A stretch of 64,000 bases of DNA from Methanomassiliicoccaceae archaeon (GCA_963728405.1 CAVSJV010000017.1:352001-416000), one strand, 5' to 3'; positions 49,851 through 60,992 are shown, counted from the stretch's first letter. Notes: a model not told the origin generated them from the sequence alone. Program-made: numbers and translations.

Positions 49851-52568
49851 ATGAGAGGGCCATGGCACGCGCTCACCGCAGAACAGGCGATGGAGGGGTT
49901 GTCCACCTCACCGGCCGGGCTATCGCCATCAGAGGCCGACGCCCGCTTCGAGCGCCACGGTCCCAATGAGCTGACGGCCGCGAAAAGCTCGACCGCGCTG
50001 ACCCTTTTCATCAAGCAGTTCACCGATCCCCTGGTGCTCATATTGCTGGTGGCGGCGGCCATCTCCTTCAGCATCTGGCTTCTCGAAGGCGGGGTGGAGG
50101 AGCTATTCGATACGGTGGTCATCCTGGCCATCGTCATCATCAACGCCGCCCTGGGGTTCTACCAGGAGTACAAGGCGGAGCGAACCCTGGAAGCGCTCAG
50201 GGACCTCTCCTCCCCCCAGGCCACGGCGGTCAGGGACGGAAAGGAGACATCCATCCCCTCCAAGCGCCTGGTCCCCGGGGACGTCATCGTTCTGGCGACC
50301 GGCGACAAGATCGCCGCCGACGCCCGCCTGATGGAGGCGGTGAACCTGGAGATGAACGAGGCGTCCCTGACCGGCGAATCGAACCCCGTGTCGAAGACCG
50401 CATCCGGAACATACCCCGAGGACGCCCCGGTGGGGGACCGCCTGAACATGGTGCACTCCGGGACAGTGGTAGGCCGGGGGAGAGGCCGCGCGGTAGTCGT
50501 TGCCACCGGCATGTCCACCGAGCTGGGGAAGATCGCTGGACTGGTGGAGGAGGAGAACGAGCGAACCCCGTTGCAGAAAAAGCTGGCCCGCCTCACCGGT
50601 CAGCTGGGCATCGCCATAGTGGGCATAGCGGCGATCATCTTCCTGGTCGGCCTGGCGGAGAACGTCCCCCTGCTGGACATGTTCCTGACGGCGGTGTCCC
50701 TGGCGGTCGCGGCGATACCGGAGGGTTTGCCGGCGGTGGTGACGGTCTGCCTGGCCCTGGGCCTCGCCCGTATGGCGAGGAAGAACGCGTTGGTCCGCCG
50801 CCTTCCCGCCGTAGAGAGCCTGGGCAGCGCCACTGTGATCTGCACTGACAAGACCGGCACGCTGACCACCGGAGAGATGAGCGTGACCGAGGTCGCGCTG
50901 GTGCGGGACACGTTCCAGGTGACCGGGGAGGGCTACGCCCCGGTCGGCGAGATCAGAAATGGTAACGGCAAGGCGGAAGTGCGCAACGAACTGGCTTGGC
51001 TGGTGAGAGCGGGCGCGCTGTGCAATGATTCCAGACTGGTCAAGGAGAAGGGCTGGACGATACGGGGCGATACCACCGAGGGGACCCTCTTGGTGCTGGC
51101 GATGAAGGCCGGCGTGGAAGTGGACGGCCTGAGGGCCGAGTTCCCCCGGGTAGGGGAGGTGCCGTTCGACTCAGAGACCAAGCGGATGACCACCGTACAC
51201 GTCCGGGGTGGAACGAAGTTCGTGTTCACCAAGGGGGCCGCCGAGAGCGTGCTGCCTTTATGCGTTAAGGCCCTGGTCGACGGCCGCGCGGTCGACCTGT
51301 CCGCCGAGCTGCACCAAAAGCTCGCGGAGAAGGACCAAGAGATGGCCAGTCGGGCGCTCCGAGTGCTCGCTGTGGCCATGAAGGAGGCGGCTGACGACGG
51401 CCCGGCCGAACTTGGACTGACGTTCCTTGGACTGGTCGGGATGATCGACTCCCCCCGGCCGGAAGCGGTCAGGGCGATCGAACGGTGCCGGACCGCGGGC
51501 ATCCGGACCATCATGATCACCGGAGACCATGAGCGAACGGCGGAGGCCATCGCCCGGCAGATGGGCATCGGCGACGGGAGGACGGCGGCGATCTCGGGCA
51601 AGGAGCTGGCAGCGATGGCACCGGAGGACCTCGCCTCCCGGGTCAGAAAGGCCAGCGTCTTCGCGCGCGTCTCTCCGGAGCACAAGGTCAACATCGTGGA
51701 GGCGCTACAGAGGAATGGCCAGGTGGTGGCGATGACCGGCGATGGGGTGAACGACGCCCCGGCGCTGAAAAAGGCGGACATCGGGGTGGCCATGGGCATC
51801 ACCGGCACCGACGTGGCCAAGGAGTCGGCGGACATCGTGCTCACCGACGATAACTTCGCCTCCATCGCCGCGGCGGTCGAGGAGGGCAGGGGCATCTACG
51901 ACAATATCCAGCGGTTCGTCGGCTATCTGCTATCGTGCAACGGAGGCGAGATCGCGCTCATCTTCGCGGCGACCGTGCTGTTCACCGAGCCGGGCTTCCT
52001 GCCGTTTCTCCTACCGATCCAGATCCTCTGGGTCAACCTGGTCACCGACAGCTTCCCGGCCTTGGCCCTGGGGGTGGAGCCGACCGACCCTCGGGTGATG
52101 GAGCGCTGCCCCCGGGATCCCAAGGAAGGGGCGGTAAATCGGAGGGCGGTCTTCCGCATCCTCCTTATCAGTGCGGCCATGGCCGCCGCCGGTCTAATGG
52201 CGTTCCAGTTGAGCCTGGACATGAACGCCGACGTGGGCAGGGCGAGGACGGCGGCCTTCTGCACCCTGGTCCTCACCCAGCTGTTCATGGTGTTCTCCTT
52301 CCGCTCCGAACGCTCCTCCGTGCTCAGGACCGGGCTGAGGGGCAATCCCCGCCTCCTGTACGCCGTCCTGGTATCCGGGGCGCTGCAGCTGGTGGTGGTC
52401 TATGTTCCGTTCCTGAGCGCGGCGTTCAGGACGGTACCCCTGGAGGCGGAGTGGCTGTTCATAATCCCCCTCGCTCTGCTCGGCCTGATCGTCAATGAGG
52501 CCGCTAAGTATCTAGACGGCAGGGTGCATCGGGATGAGATCTGCGAGGTGAGAACGGATGGAGATTGA
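49851..52568 (+). CDS. P-type IIA (Ca2+-type) ATPase
   Basis: [31 protein letters not shown] and NLVTD motifs. Confidence 0.95.
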   Translation: MRGPWHALTAEQAMEGLSTSPAGLSPSEADARFERHGPNELTAAKSSTALTLFIKQFTDPLVLILLVAAAISFSIWLLEGGVEELFDTVVILAIVIINAALGFYQEYKAERTLEALRDLSSPQATAVRDGKETSIPSKRLVPGDVIVLATGDKIAADARLMEAVNLEMNEASLTGESNPVSKTASGTYPEDAPVGDRLNMVHSGTVVGRGRGRAVVVATGMSTELGKIAGLVEEENERTPLQKKLARLTGQLGIAIVGIAAIIFLVGLAENVPLLDMFLTAVSLAVAAIPEGLPAVVTVCLALGLARMARKNALVRRLPAVESLGSATVICTDKTGTLTTGEMSVTEVALVRDTFQVTGEGYAPVGEIRNGNGKAEVRNELAWLVRAGALCNDSRLVKEKGWTIRGDTTEGTLLVLAMKAGVEVDGLRAEFPRVGEVPFDSETKRMTTVHVRGGTKFVFTKGAAESVLPLCVKALVDGRAVDLSAELHQKLAEKDQEMASRALRVLAVAMKEAADDGPAELGLTFLGLVGMIDSPRPEAVRAIERCRTAGIRTIMITGDHERTAEAIARQMGIGDGRTAAISGKELAAMAPEDLASRVRKASVFARVSPEHKVNIVEALQRNGQVVAMTGDGVNDAPALKKADIGVAMGITGTDVAKESADIVLTDDNFASIAAAVEEGRGIYDNIQRFVGYLLSCNGGEIALIFAATVLFTEPGFLPFLLPIQILWVNLVTDSFPALALGVEPTDPRVMERCPRDPKEGAVNRRAVFRILLISAAMAAAGLMAFQLSLDMNADVGRARTAAFCTLVLTQLFMVFSFRSERSSVLRTGLRGNPRLLYAVLVSGALQLVVVYVPFLSAAFRTVPLEAEWLFIIPLALLGLIVNEAAKYLDGRVHRDEICEVRTDGD

Positions 52569-53592
52569 TGGCTCGTACGGAGAGGGAGGCGGACAGATCC
52601 TGCGGAGCGCGGTGGCGCTGTCGGCACTGACCGGAACGGAAATCACGATCGACCACGTTCGAGGTAAGCGAGGCAAGCCAGGGCTGGCTGCCCAGCACCT
52701 GACCGCGGTCATGGGCGTGGCGTCCCTGTGCGACGGAGAGGTGGACGGCGGGTTCGTGGGTTCGACCTCCATCACGTTCAGGCCGGGCAACATCATCGGT
52801 GGCGCCTACCAGCTGGACGTGGGGACGGCCGGCAGCATCACCCTGGTCCTGCAGGCGTGCATGCTCGCTTCCTTGCGCGCCCCCATGGCCACCGAGCTGG
52901 AGATCAAGGGCGGGACCAACGTCCGGATGTCCCCGCCGGTGGACTTCTACACCAATGTCCTGCTGCCCCTCCTTGGAAAGATGGACTTCGACGTCGAGCT
53001 CGAGATCGTCTCCCGCGGCTTTTACCCGCAGGGCGGTGGCACGGTAAAGGCGATCCTCTCCCCCTGTCCGCGGCTCGTTCCGCTGGACCTGGAGGTCCGC
53101 GGCCGGCTAGAGGAGGTGGGCGGCATGTCCTTCACCCAGAACCTGCCCGAGCATGTCGGCCAGAGGATGGCCACCGCGGCCCGCAAGGCCTTCCTGGGCC
53201 AGGAGCTCAAAATAGGGACCGACCGGACCTCGGGCCACTCGACCGGGGCGGGGCTTGCTTTGTATGCCCGGTATCAGAACACCTTCCTGGGCGCCGACGC
53301 GCTGGGCGAGAAGGGCGTGTCGGCAGAGAGAGTGGGAGAGGAGGCGGTCCACCGGCTGAAGGACGAGATGGACGGACCAGGCACGCTGGACCTCCACGCC
53401 GCCGACCAACTGCTCGCCTACATGGCCCTGGCCGAGCGGCCATCCCGCTTCATCGTGGGGGATGTGTCCTCCCATCTGAGCACCCAGATGTGGCTGTTGA
53501 AAAAGTTCCTGCCGGTCGAGTTCGTCGAGCGCGAGAGGGATGAGGGCGTCCTGGTCGAGGTCTTCCCTAACCGTACATCCCGGGAAGAGTGA
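52558..53592 (+). CDS. rtcA: RNA 3'-terminal phosphate cyclase
   Basis: [23 protein letters not shown] and DLHAADQL motifs. Confidence 0.95.
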   Translation: MEIDGSYGEGGGQILRSAVALSALTGTEITIDHVRGKRGKPGLAAQHLTAVMGVASLCDGEVDGGFVGSTSITFRPGNIIGGAYQLDVGTAGSITLVLQACMLASLRAPMATELEIKGGTNVRMSPPVDFYTNVLLPLLGKMDFDVELEIVSRGFYPQGGGTVKAILSPCPRLVPLDLEVRGRLEEVGGMSFTQNLPEHVGQRMATAARKAFLGQELKIGTDRTSGHSTGAGLALYARYQNTFLGADALGEKGVSAERVGEEAVHRLKDEMDGPGTLDLHAADQLLAYMALAERPSRFIVGDVSSHLSTQMWLLKKFLPVEFVERERDEGVLVEVFPNRTSREE

Positions 53593-54337
53593 CCTTCCTT
53601 AGTTCGTCCTCCTTTCCTGCCTTCTCGTACATGTCCTTGAGGCCTTTTTCGATCATCTCGGCTTCCTGAAGCAGGGGCCGGATGTCCAGCGAGTCCTTGA
53701 GGACGAGCTTGTTGATCGCTCGAGTCACCGCTGCGGCGGCGCGCGCGTCCGGAAACTCGGTGCTCGCCTCCGACAGTAGGGTGATGACGTCGAAGGTGCG
53801 GCTGACCCCTTCATTCAGCAGTATGCCGGACAGGCCGACGATGACCCCTCCCTCGAAGATGGCGATGTCGTTCGCTTTCAACATCTCCCTGGCTTCCGAA
53901 GTGGAGCCGACTCCCAGCACCTGGCTTTCGGACTCGTCCTTGTTGGGCGGGCGGGCGCTCTGCTTGGTGCTCAATCCCTCCGGCGAGATGATCAGGCGGC
54001 ACTTGTGATCCTCCACCCAGTCCATGATGGTCTTGCCCAGCTCCTTTAGGACGTGCGGGGGAGGTTGGAACTCGGAAACGAACACTACCAGGCGATCCCC
54101 CATCTCGTTCATGTCGCCAGCATAGACGCGCACCGGGCTGTTGGGGACCCCGTTCTTGATCATGGACACGGTGGGAAAGTAATCGGAGTCCACCACCGCG
54201 ATCTGCCTGAGCTTGAGCTGAGTGACCAGGTAGTTGGCCACGATCGACCCCACCAACCCGATGGATGGGAAACCGTCCAGGACATAACTTCCCCTGAGGT
54301 TCATCTCCTCGATCTCAATGATCCGAATGAAGCTCAT
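53567..54337 (-). CDS. PAC2 family proteasome assembly chaperone-like protein
   Basis: GFPSIGLVGSI, PVRVY and FPDARAA motifs; C-terminal MYG. Confidence 0.85.
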   Translation of the reverse strand: MSFIRIIEIEEMNLRGSYVLDGFPSIGLVGSIVANYLVTQLKLRQIAVVDSDYFPTVSMIKNGVPNSPVRVYAGDMNEMGDRLVVFVSEFQPPPHVLKELGKTIMDWVEDHKCRLIISPEGLSTKQSARPPNKDESESQVLGVGSTSEAREMLKANDIAIFEGGVIVGLSGILLNEGVSRTFDVITLLSEASTEFPDARAAAAVTRAINKLVLKDSLDIRPLLQEAEMIEKGLKDMYEKAGKEDELRKVTLPGMYG

Positions 54338-54413
54338 ATTTTTTCGATTCCAACCACTTACTAATAAGATGTTGGTGGGAAGTATTATGGACTGCCCCCG
54401 GGATTTTGGAACG

Positions 54414-55055
54414 ATGAGGCCCACGGTGACAGTGAATTGCGCCATGACCGCCGACGGCAAGATCGCCGGTCGATCCCGTAAACAGCTGCGCATATCCTCG
54501 GCCGAGGACCTGGAGCGCGTCAAGCACCTGAGGGCCGCCTCCGACGCCATCCTGGTCGGCGTGGGCACCGTTCTGGCCGACGATCCTCATCTGACGGTGA
54601 AAGGCAATTCCCCGGCAAAGAACCCCCTCCGCGTCGTGCTCGACTCCCAAGGCCGCACGCCGGAGAGCGCCCGGGTCCTAGACGCCCAGGCACGGACGCT
54701 GGTCGCCACCGCCGAGGAGTGCCGGACCACCTGGCCGACCGCCGAGGTAGTGCGCGTCGGCCGGGGGAAGGTCGACATCGGGCTCCTGCTGGAATATCTG
54801 TCCGAGAGGGGCGTCCGGACCGTTATGGTCGAAGGGGGCGGAGAGACCATATTCTCCTTCTTCGAGAGAGGACTGGTCGACCGCTACTGTGTGTTCGTCG
54901 GCAGCCTGATCATCGGGGGAAGGGGTTCCCCCACCCCGGCGGACGGAGATGGGTTCGAGGACGAGCGCATCGCCCGGCTGAGATTGATCTCCTGCGAGCA
55001 CCTGGGTGGCGGGGCCCTATTGACCTACGAGGTCGGAAATGGAACGCCGCCCTAG
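54414..55055 (+). CDS. 2,5-diamino-6-ribosylamino-4(3H)-pyrimidinone 5'-phosphate reductase (RibD C-terminal-like)
   Basis: AMTADGKI, ILVGVGTVLADDP and MVEGGG motifs. Confidence 0.9.
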   Translation: MRPTVTVNCAMTADGKIAGRSRKQLRISSAEDLERVKHLRAASDAILVGVGTVLADDPHLTVKGNSPAKNPLRVVLDSQGRTPESARVLDAQARTLVATAEECRTTWPTAEVVRVGRGKVDIGLLLEYLSERGVRTVMVEGGGETIFSFFERGLVDRYCVFVGSLIIGGRGSPTPADGDGFEDERIARLRLISCEHLGGGALLTYEVGNGTPP

Positions 55056-55521
55056 GTTCCTGGCCGACGAGATGCTCGGCTCGCTGGCCCGCTGGTTGCG
55101 CATCATCGGTTATGACACCGCCTACGTCCGGAACCTGACTGACAGTGAGATCTTGGAGCTGGCGCACCAGGAGGACCGCTTCTTGCTCACCCGTGACCAT
55201 CAGCTGGCCGAGCGGGCCGGGGACCGCGGACTGCTGCTGACCAGCGCGCACCTCGAGACGCAGCTGTCCCAGGTCGACGCCGCCTACCATATCGCCTTCA
55301 CCGAGCCGATGACCCGCTGCACATTATGCAATGGACCGTTGAGCAAGGTCCCGGCTGGGGAGGTGAGCGAGAAAGTACCGGAGCGGGTACGGGCCTTGCA
55401 TGATGAGTTCTTCGTCTGCCAGAGCTGCGGACAGACATACTGGAAAGGCACCCACTGGGACCGGATAAATGAACGCCTGGAAAGAGTTCTCCGACCTAGA
55501 GCCGGTAGTAGTCCTCACTGA
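55039..55521 (+). CDS. Mut7-C RNase (PIN-like) domain protein
   Basis: FLADEMLGSLARWLR..GYD, LLTRD, RCTLCN and CQSCG..YWKGTH motifs. Confidence 0.9.
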   Translation: MERRPRFLADEMLGSLARWLRIIGYDTAYVRNLTDSEILELAHQEDRFLLTRDHQLAERAGDRGLLLTSAHLETQLSQVDAAYHIAFTEPMTRCTLCNGPLSKVPAGEVSEKVPERVRALHDEFFVCQSCGQTYWKGTHWDRINERLERVLRPRAGSSPH

Positions 55522-56428
55522 CGATCTTGCCGGTGCCGGCGTTGATGACCATGATGCCATGGACGCCCTCCACGCACCATATGGGAATGTAGAACACGCC
55601 CCGGTCCTCCATGACGATCTCGTCCTCCTTGGGGGAGACCTTCTTCTTCTCGGTGATGGTGACGTGGTTCTCCTCCCGGATGTTCTCCTTCTCGTAGGAG
55701 TTGACCCTTATCAGCTCCCGGCGGGCCAGGCGCTTGGCGTCCTCCATGCTGATGGATGGTTCCAGCCTCTTGTGGGCGACCTCGAGGGCGTAGACCACGT
55801 CGGTCTTCTCGCTCCACGATTCCACCTTGTGGGTGAGCCCGTTGATCGACAGAATGCCCCTCTCCACGCTGACCTTCTCCCCGCCCATGTACAGGGGGCA
55901 GATGTATCCATAAACGTAATGGGGCACCAGCTCGAGCCGATGCCGGAACCCCGCCACCGTCTGCCGGGACAGCTCCTTCACATCGTCCACACCGATGACC
56001 GGGCGGACTATCCGCTCTCCCACCGACGGCTCTGAGATATCCTCTAGCAGCTCGGGGGATACCAGCTTGGGAAAGTCGTCGGCGACCAGTTCGTCGACCA
56101 GACCGTGATCACGGTCCCCCATCACCCTCTCGATGCGGGTCCTTCCGATCTCATGTTCCAAGGCGTCCCGGTCCCATATCGTCACCGAGCGATCGAGCGT
56201 TTCGATGAAGGAGGGGGGCACCGCTTCCAGGGTGGCGATTATTTTCTTGCCTGCGTGGTCCTTGAACCGGGTCATGAAAGCATCGACCACCGGCCGATCC
56301 AGGGTCGATAATAGGCAGAACACGACCTCGCTGGGGCCCTTTCGGGCCAGCAGATAGCCGTCCTCCTGCGAGGTCTGGAAATCACGGGCCTGCAGTATCT
56401 CACTGACCAAAAGGGCCAAGGAGGTCAA
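55496..56428 (-). CDS. Hypothetical protein (restriction-endonuclease-like N-terminus, PepSY-like C-terminus)
   Basis: Long ORF with host-like codons; YIPIWCV...VINAGTGKIV at the C-terminus. Confidence 0.6.
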   Translation of the reverse strand: MTSLALLVSEILQARDFQTSQEDGYLLARKGPSEVVFCLLSTLDRPVVDAFMTRFKDHAGKKIIATLEAVPPSFIETLDRSVTIWDRDALEHEIGRTRIERVMGDRDHGLVDELVADDFPKLVSPELLEDISEPSVGERIVRPVIGVDDVKELSRQTVAGFRHRLELVPHYVYGYICPLYMGGEKVSVERGILSINGLTHKVESWSEKTDVVYALEVAHKRLEPSISMEDAKRLARRELIRVNSYEKENIREENHVTITEKKKVSPKEDEIVMEDRGVFYIPIWCVEGVHGIMVINAGTGKIVSEDYYRL

Positions 56429-56610
56429 AAACGCACCGTGGCCCCCAATATGGTGGGGTCTTAAATACGTTTCCAGGCAGAATCGAGGTCCCCGTTTCTT
56501 GACTTGCCCTTTACCGGCCGGACGGTTAGGACATGTGATGTTTTAATCGAATCATTTATTAAACTGCCATAGATTCTCGGATAGATTATTTTAAACTGGA
56601 ACGGTGTGGG

Positions 56611-58902
56611 ATGTTTGGTGGGAGCAAGAAGAGCATAGCAGTAATGGTAATTGTCGTTCTGGTCATCACCGCCGGTCTGGCCGTTCTCGTTACCAGCAGC
56701 GGCGGTTCGAAAAAGCTCGAACCCATTTCCAACACAACCGCAAAGGTATGGTTAAATGTCAATACCGACCAAAATTCATCGGTGAGCCCTGGTGACGCCT
56801 GGGGGGAGATCGAGACCTTCCAAGACGCAAAGGTCGGCACCCTCAACTACTTCGGGAACGTGACCCTGACCCAGAACCCGAACACCGAGGCCGTCGTGCT
56901 TGACGGCTATGTGTGGGTAATGAGCCGTGGTAACACCCCCAACGCCAGTGTGCTACGGTTCACTCCGGGGATCGGAGGGAGCTCCTGGAACCTGTCCTTC
57001 GAAGCCTATGCACCCAATGGGGGAATCTACATAGGAAATGACACTTCCAGCCCCCAGAGATTCGCCCTGCGGGCCTGCGTGGTCAATGGCCGCGGGGTGC
57101 CGGTGGCGACGGTCGAGCTTTCCTATGGGACGGAGGACAATACCTACATTCGCGTCGCCGATAGCCTAGGTACCTGGACCACCATTGCCGATCGGATCCA
57201 AGCGGCGGAGACCAAAAAGACCTCGGGCTACGGTTTCGCTCCCGACCGATATATCGTCTCTTTCCAGCATGTGAACGGCCAGGATTGTGTCGTACGGGTC
57301 ATCAGCACCGCGAGCGGCCTCGTCGGTTCGGCCACCGTCCCCATCCCATCGGCCTGGGGTTCCCCCCATCAGCTGGCAATGGGTTTCGACTCGATCGTGC
57401 AGTGCTATTCCACCGGTGTAGCAAAGTGCGGTTCCTGGGTGATCGACAATCTGGCCTGCCGCGGCGGGACCGTCCCCTACACTTTGGTGGGACCGACCTA
57501 CGAGTACGCCGCCGAGAACGGCACGATGGTCGGTGACGGACAGGGCAACTACGGCAGACCGGTGGACAATGCGACCGTCACCATCTCCGGGGTAGCGGCC
57601 AGGTACAATGCGACCACTCACCTTTATGAGGCCGATCTGCCCATGAACGCCGACTGGAACAAGCGTTACGACTATACAGTAAGGGTGAACGGCATCCTTT
57701 ACAAGGACAGGATGGCCTTGACCATGGTGTCCTCTCCAGAGCATGCCTTTCTGCCGCTATGGTGGAACGGGTGGGATTGGGTGAGCGTGTTTGGCCAGGA
57801 TGATATCAGCAGTTTCCAGGAGATCCTCAGCACCTATGCGGGGTACGACCACCCCCTGACCGCTTATGTCATCTCCCCTTCCGGCAGTGCCAATGCCATC
57901 CTCGCCACCCAATCGGAATTGGCCATCCATAATCCCCATGGGTACAATAATTACATGACCGATAACGCGGTCTTCTGGAACGATGCGATGAAAGATGCCA
58001 TCAGTGGCCAGTCCACGATGGATGCATACCGGTTCGCCAGCAAATGGGATGACCCGTCCTATGTCGGCAAGGGCCGCACCTTCATCTCCATGGCCAATCC
58101 AGGGAACTTGGCAAGCTACGAGAAGATGTATGCCCTGTACCTGAACGGGGTCCGCATCGATGGCCGATCGTCGGAAAGGTCGTGGGGCACCGCCGGCAAC
58201 TTCAGCGAGATAGGCAGCTGGTATACCAAGAACTACGGCTACACCGACCCTAACGCGGCCTGGTACCCGTACTCGAACATCGATATGATGGATGCCAGTC
58301 GCCAGCTGAGCTGGGACCATTATCAGGACTGGAACACCACCTTCAAGATGGTCGACTATGTGGCCACCCACAATGGGGTCCTGCGGGCCTACGGACACAA
58401 TGACCATGGGAGCCCGATCATCCAGATCCCCGAGCAGATGCACTGGATCGACGCTGCCAAGACGAACTACAGCTTAGAGAACTGGAAGGCCACCGACGGA
58501 GAGGTGGCTTCCTACGTATATGGCCGGTGGTCAACCGACGTATCGTTCGCTGAAGGTCGCTCCACCGCCAACACCTGGGTCTTCGATGTGTGCAGGAAGG
58601 ACCCCCAGGCTGCCGGTTACTGGCTCGTCCCGGTGACAGTGGGAGTGGACCTGGGCGGTAAAACGGTCAAGGACATTGCGGTGAAGGAAGGCGGCAAGAC
58701 CTACAAGATGAGCGATGGCTCCCTGCACAACCTCGATGGGAAGAGGACCATGGACCTGGGATACGACATCCGCGACGGCAAGCTTTACGTGTCCCAGTTC
58801 TGGAACTCCAGCACCACCCTGACCGTGATCTTCGAAACGGACCCCTCGGTCACCACCATAGAGCTGAGCCAGGCCTTTACCCCCCTGATGAAAGAGCCTT
58901 GA
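56611..58902 (+). CDS. Large secreted or membrane-anchored protein with possible polysaccharide-deacetylase-like domain
   Basis: N-terminal signal anchor; Thr/Asn/Trp/Tyr-rich; GQDD, ELAIH and RAYGH segments. Confidence 0.65.
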   Translation: MFGGSKKSIAVMVIVVLVITAGLAVLVTSSGGSKKLEPISNTTAKVWLNVNTDQNSSVSPGDAWGEIETFQDAKVGTLNYFGNVTLTQNPNTEAVVLDGYVWVMSRGNTPNASVLRFTPGIGGSSWNLSFEAYAPNGGIYIGNDTSSPQRFALRACVVNGRGVPVATVELSYGTEDNTYIRVADSLGTWTTIADRIQAAETKKTSGYGFAPDRYIVSFQHVNGQDCVVRVISTASGLVGSATVPIPSAWGSPHQLAMGFDSIVQCYSTGVAKCGSWVIDNLACRGGTVPYTLVGPTYEYAAENGTMVGDGQGNYGRPVDNATVTISGVAARYNATTHLYEADLPMNADWNKRYDYTVRVNGILYKDRMALTMVSSPEHAFLPLWWNGWDWVSVFGQDDISSFQEILSTYAGYDHPLTAYVISPSGSANAILATQSELAIHNPHGYNNYMTDNAVFWNDAMKDAISGQSTMDAYRFASKWDDPSYVGKGRTFISMANPGNLASYEKMYALYLNGVRIDGRSSERSWGTAGNFSEIGSWYTKNYGYTDPNAAWYPYSNIDMMDASRQLSWDHYQDWNTTFKMVDYVATHNGVLRAYGHNDHGSPIIQIPEQMHWIDAAKTNYSLENWKATDGEVASYVYGRWSTDVSFAEGRSTANTWVFDVCRKDPQAAGYWLVPVTVGVDLGGKTVKDIAVKEGGKTYKMSDGSLHNLDGKRTMDLGYDIRDGKLYVSQFWNSSTTLTVIFETDPSVTTIELSQAFTPLMKEP

Positions 58903-58955
58903 GGTCGGGACCAACATCAAGATAGGAGGCAGCGACCATGTAGGTCATCGGGAAC

Positions 58956-59352
58956 ATGGGCCGCTCTAAGATCTTGGGCCTCCTCGGCGCCTCGTTGCTG
59001 GTCCTGGGCGTAGCGATCCTACTGGTGGCCATCGCCGAGGGGGAAGCGAGCATAGCATTGGTCATCATCATCCCGATCATCTATGGCGGGGGGGCCCTAC
59101 TGGTTCTGGCAATCCTGTTGGTCTTTGTCGGTTTCTTCCTCTTGTCGTTCTCCTTGGCCCAAAGGACAGTCCCCGGAAGCGCCTTCGGCCCCCACGGAAA
59201 TGAAGAAGGGGTTTGGCGGCGTGGTCCTCATCGGCCCGGTGCCCATCGTGTTCGGCTCGGCCCGGGCGCTCAAAGGGACGTGGGCCTTGGCGGCCCTGGC
59301 TGCGCTCTCCTTGATAGTGTTCTTGCTCTTCCTGTTCATCCTTCTGAGATGA
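58956..59352 (+). CDS. DUF131 (TIGR00304) membrane protein; frameshift near 59170
   Basis: GGVVLIGPVPIVFGS signature in the second frame. Confidence 0.8.
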
Positions 59353-59551
59353 GGCGGAGGGCCGCGCTCTCGAGACCTTCGTCCTTCTTCTTCGCCTCGC
59401 GCAGCGCGGAAGTTATGATCACATAGCGCTCGAAATCCATTCCTCGCTTTCTCAGCACCCGGCCCAGGGCGTGTTCCAGCTCTTCCTTGCGCAACTTTAT
59501 GTCGAGCGCATCCTTCAACAGCTCTCGGTCCGCGGGGCCTAGCGATGCCAC
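59336..59551 (-). CDS. Small hypothetical protein coupled to guaAA
   Basis: GTG start overlaps the guaAA end; helical, charged sequence. Confidence 0.6.
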   Translation of the reverse strand: MASLGPADRELLKDALDIKLRKEELEHALGRVLRKRGMDFERYVIITSALREAKKKDEGLESAALRLISEG

Positions 59552-60111
59552 TCCTCGACCACCTTGAGGAAGTTCTGGAAGATCTCTGAACCGTGCTCGG
59601 TGTTCTCTACCTCAGGGTGGAACTGCAGCCCGTAGAACGGCTTGTCCTTGACCTTGATGGCCTCCACCGGGCAGCTGATGGTGTGCGCTAGCACCTCGAA
59701 ATTATCGGGCAACTTCACCACCTCGTCGTTGTGGCTTTCCCAGACCACGAACTCCTTCGGCAATCCCCGGAAGATCTCATCCTCCCGGTCGACGATGAGA
59801 GTAGCCTTCCCGAACTCCGGCTTGCCCGCCGCGCTCGTCGCTCCACCGTAGTGGTTGGCCATGAAATGGAACCCGGCGCAGATGCCCAATATGGGGAAGT
59901 CGGCCCGATCGAGGTATTCGCCGTTGCGGCCCATCTTCTCGCCCTCTGCGGCGACATGGGGAGAGCCACCGGACAGAACGAGCACATCCACGTCCAATTG
60001 GTCGAGGGGGGTGTTGTTCGGTATGATCTTGGTCTCGACGTCCAGATATTTAAGGACCCGCCATTCACGGTGGGTCCACTGACCGCCGTTGTCGACCACG
60101 TAGACGCGCAT
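59539..60111 (-). CDS. guaAA: GMP synthase glutamine amidotransferase subunit
   Basis: DNGGQWTHR, PILGICAG, SHNDEV and QFHPEV motifs. Confidence 0.95.
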   Translation of the reverse strand: MRVYVVDNGGQWTHREWRVLKYLDVETKIIPNNTPLDQLDVDVLVLSGGSPHVAAEGEKMGRNGEYLDRADFPILGICAGFHFMANHYGGATSAAGKPEFGKATLIVDREDEIFRGLPKEFVVWESHNDEVVKLPDNFEVLAHTISCPVEAIKVKDKPFYGLQFHPEVENTEHGSEIFQNFLKVVEEWHR

Positions 60112-60210
60112 GAGCGTGTGAACGAATCCACTTAAATAAAATTTCTCTTCCCGGAGAGGACGTTGGGAAAAAAATCAGATTTATTAGCCAGTCCGCCATC
60201 TTACCCGGCG

Positions 60211-60925
60211 ATGAAAGCGGTCCTGTTCGACCTGGGGCACACACTGATCGATTACTACTGCGACTGGAAGGGCCCAGAGGAGAGAGGCATTGGACGCATC
60301 TACGACCTCGTTCGCCAGGGGTCCCCGCGAGTGGACCGCACCGAGTTCACCGCGTACCTCTCCGAGCAGTTGGTCCGCGCTCGCAACCTGAAGTACAACA
60401 GGATGGTCGAGGTGCCCCTGGTCGAGCTGATAGGCACCTGCCTGGAACGGTACGGCTGCCTGGACGAGGACAACCTGCAGCAGAGCCTGGAGGCCTTCTA
60501 CGGGGTGCTGCTAGAGGACCGCAAGCTGGTGAACGGGGCGGCCGAGCTGCTGGCCAGGCTGAAGGACCGGGGCCTGAGCATCGGCCTCATCTCCGATGTT
60601 GCCTGGGGCCTTCCTTCGGAGTTCCCCATGCGGGACATCAGGTACTTTGGCCTGGATGCCTACTTCGACGACTATGTCTTCTCGACCGACCGTCGGGCTG
60701 AGGAAACCTCACCCCAAGATCTTCAAGATCGCGCTATCGAACCTGGGCGTGGATGCGTCCGAGGCGATGTATGTGGGTAACTCCATCGTGCAGGACATCA
60801 AGGGCGCCAAGGGCGTGGGCATGATGGCGGTGCTGAAGAGGTCTGCCTACTGCCCGCTCGAAGAGGGGGTCGTCCCGGACCACACCGTCTCCAATCTGGA
60901 CGAGGTCGACGGACTGGTCGAGTAA
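60211..60925 (+). CDS. HAD family hydrolase; +1 frameshift near 60691
   Basis: FDLGHTL, RKPHPKIF and YVGNS...DIKGA motifs. Confidence 0.88.
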
Positions 60926-60992
60926 GGCCACTTTCGGTCACTTTCGGGGACCTCCCCCGGAGGAGCATAGTATCTCGGTCCTACAATGGGAC

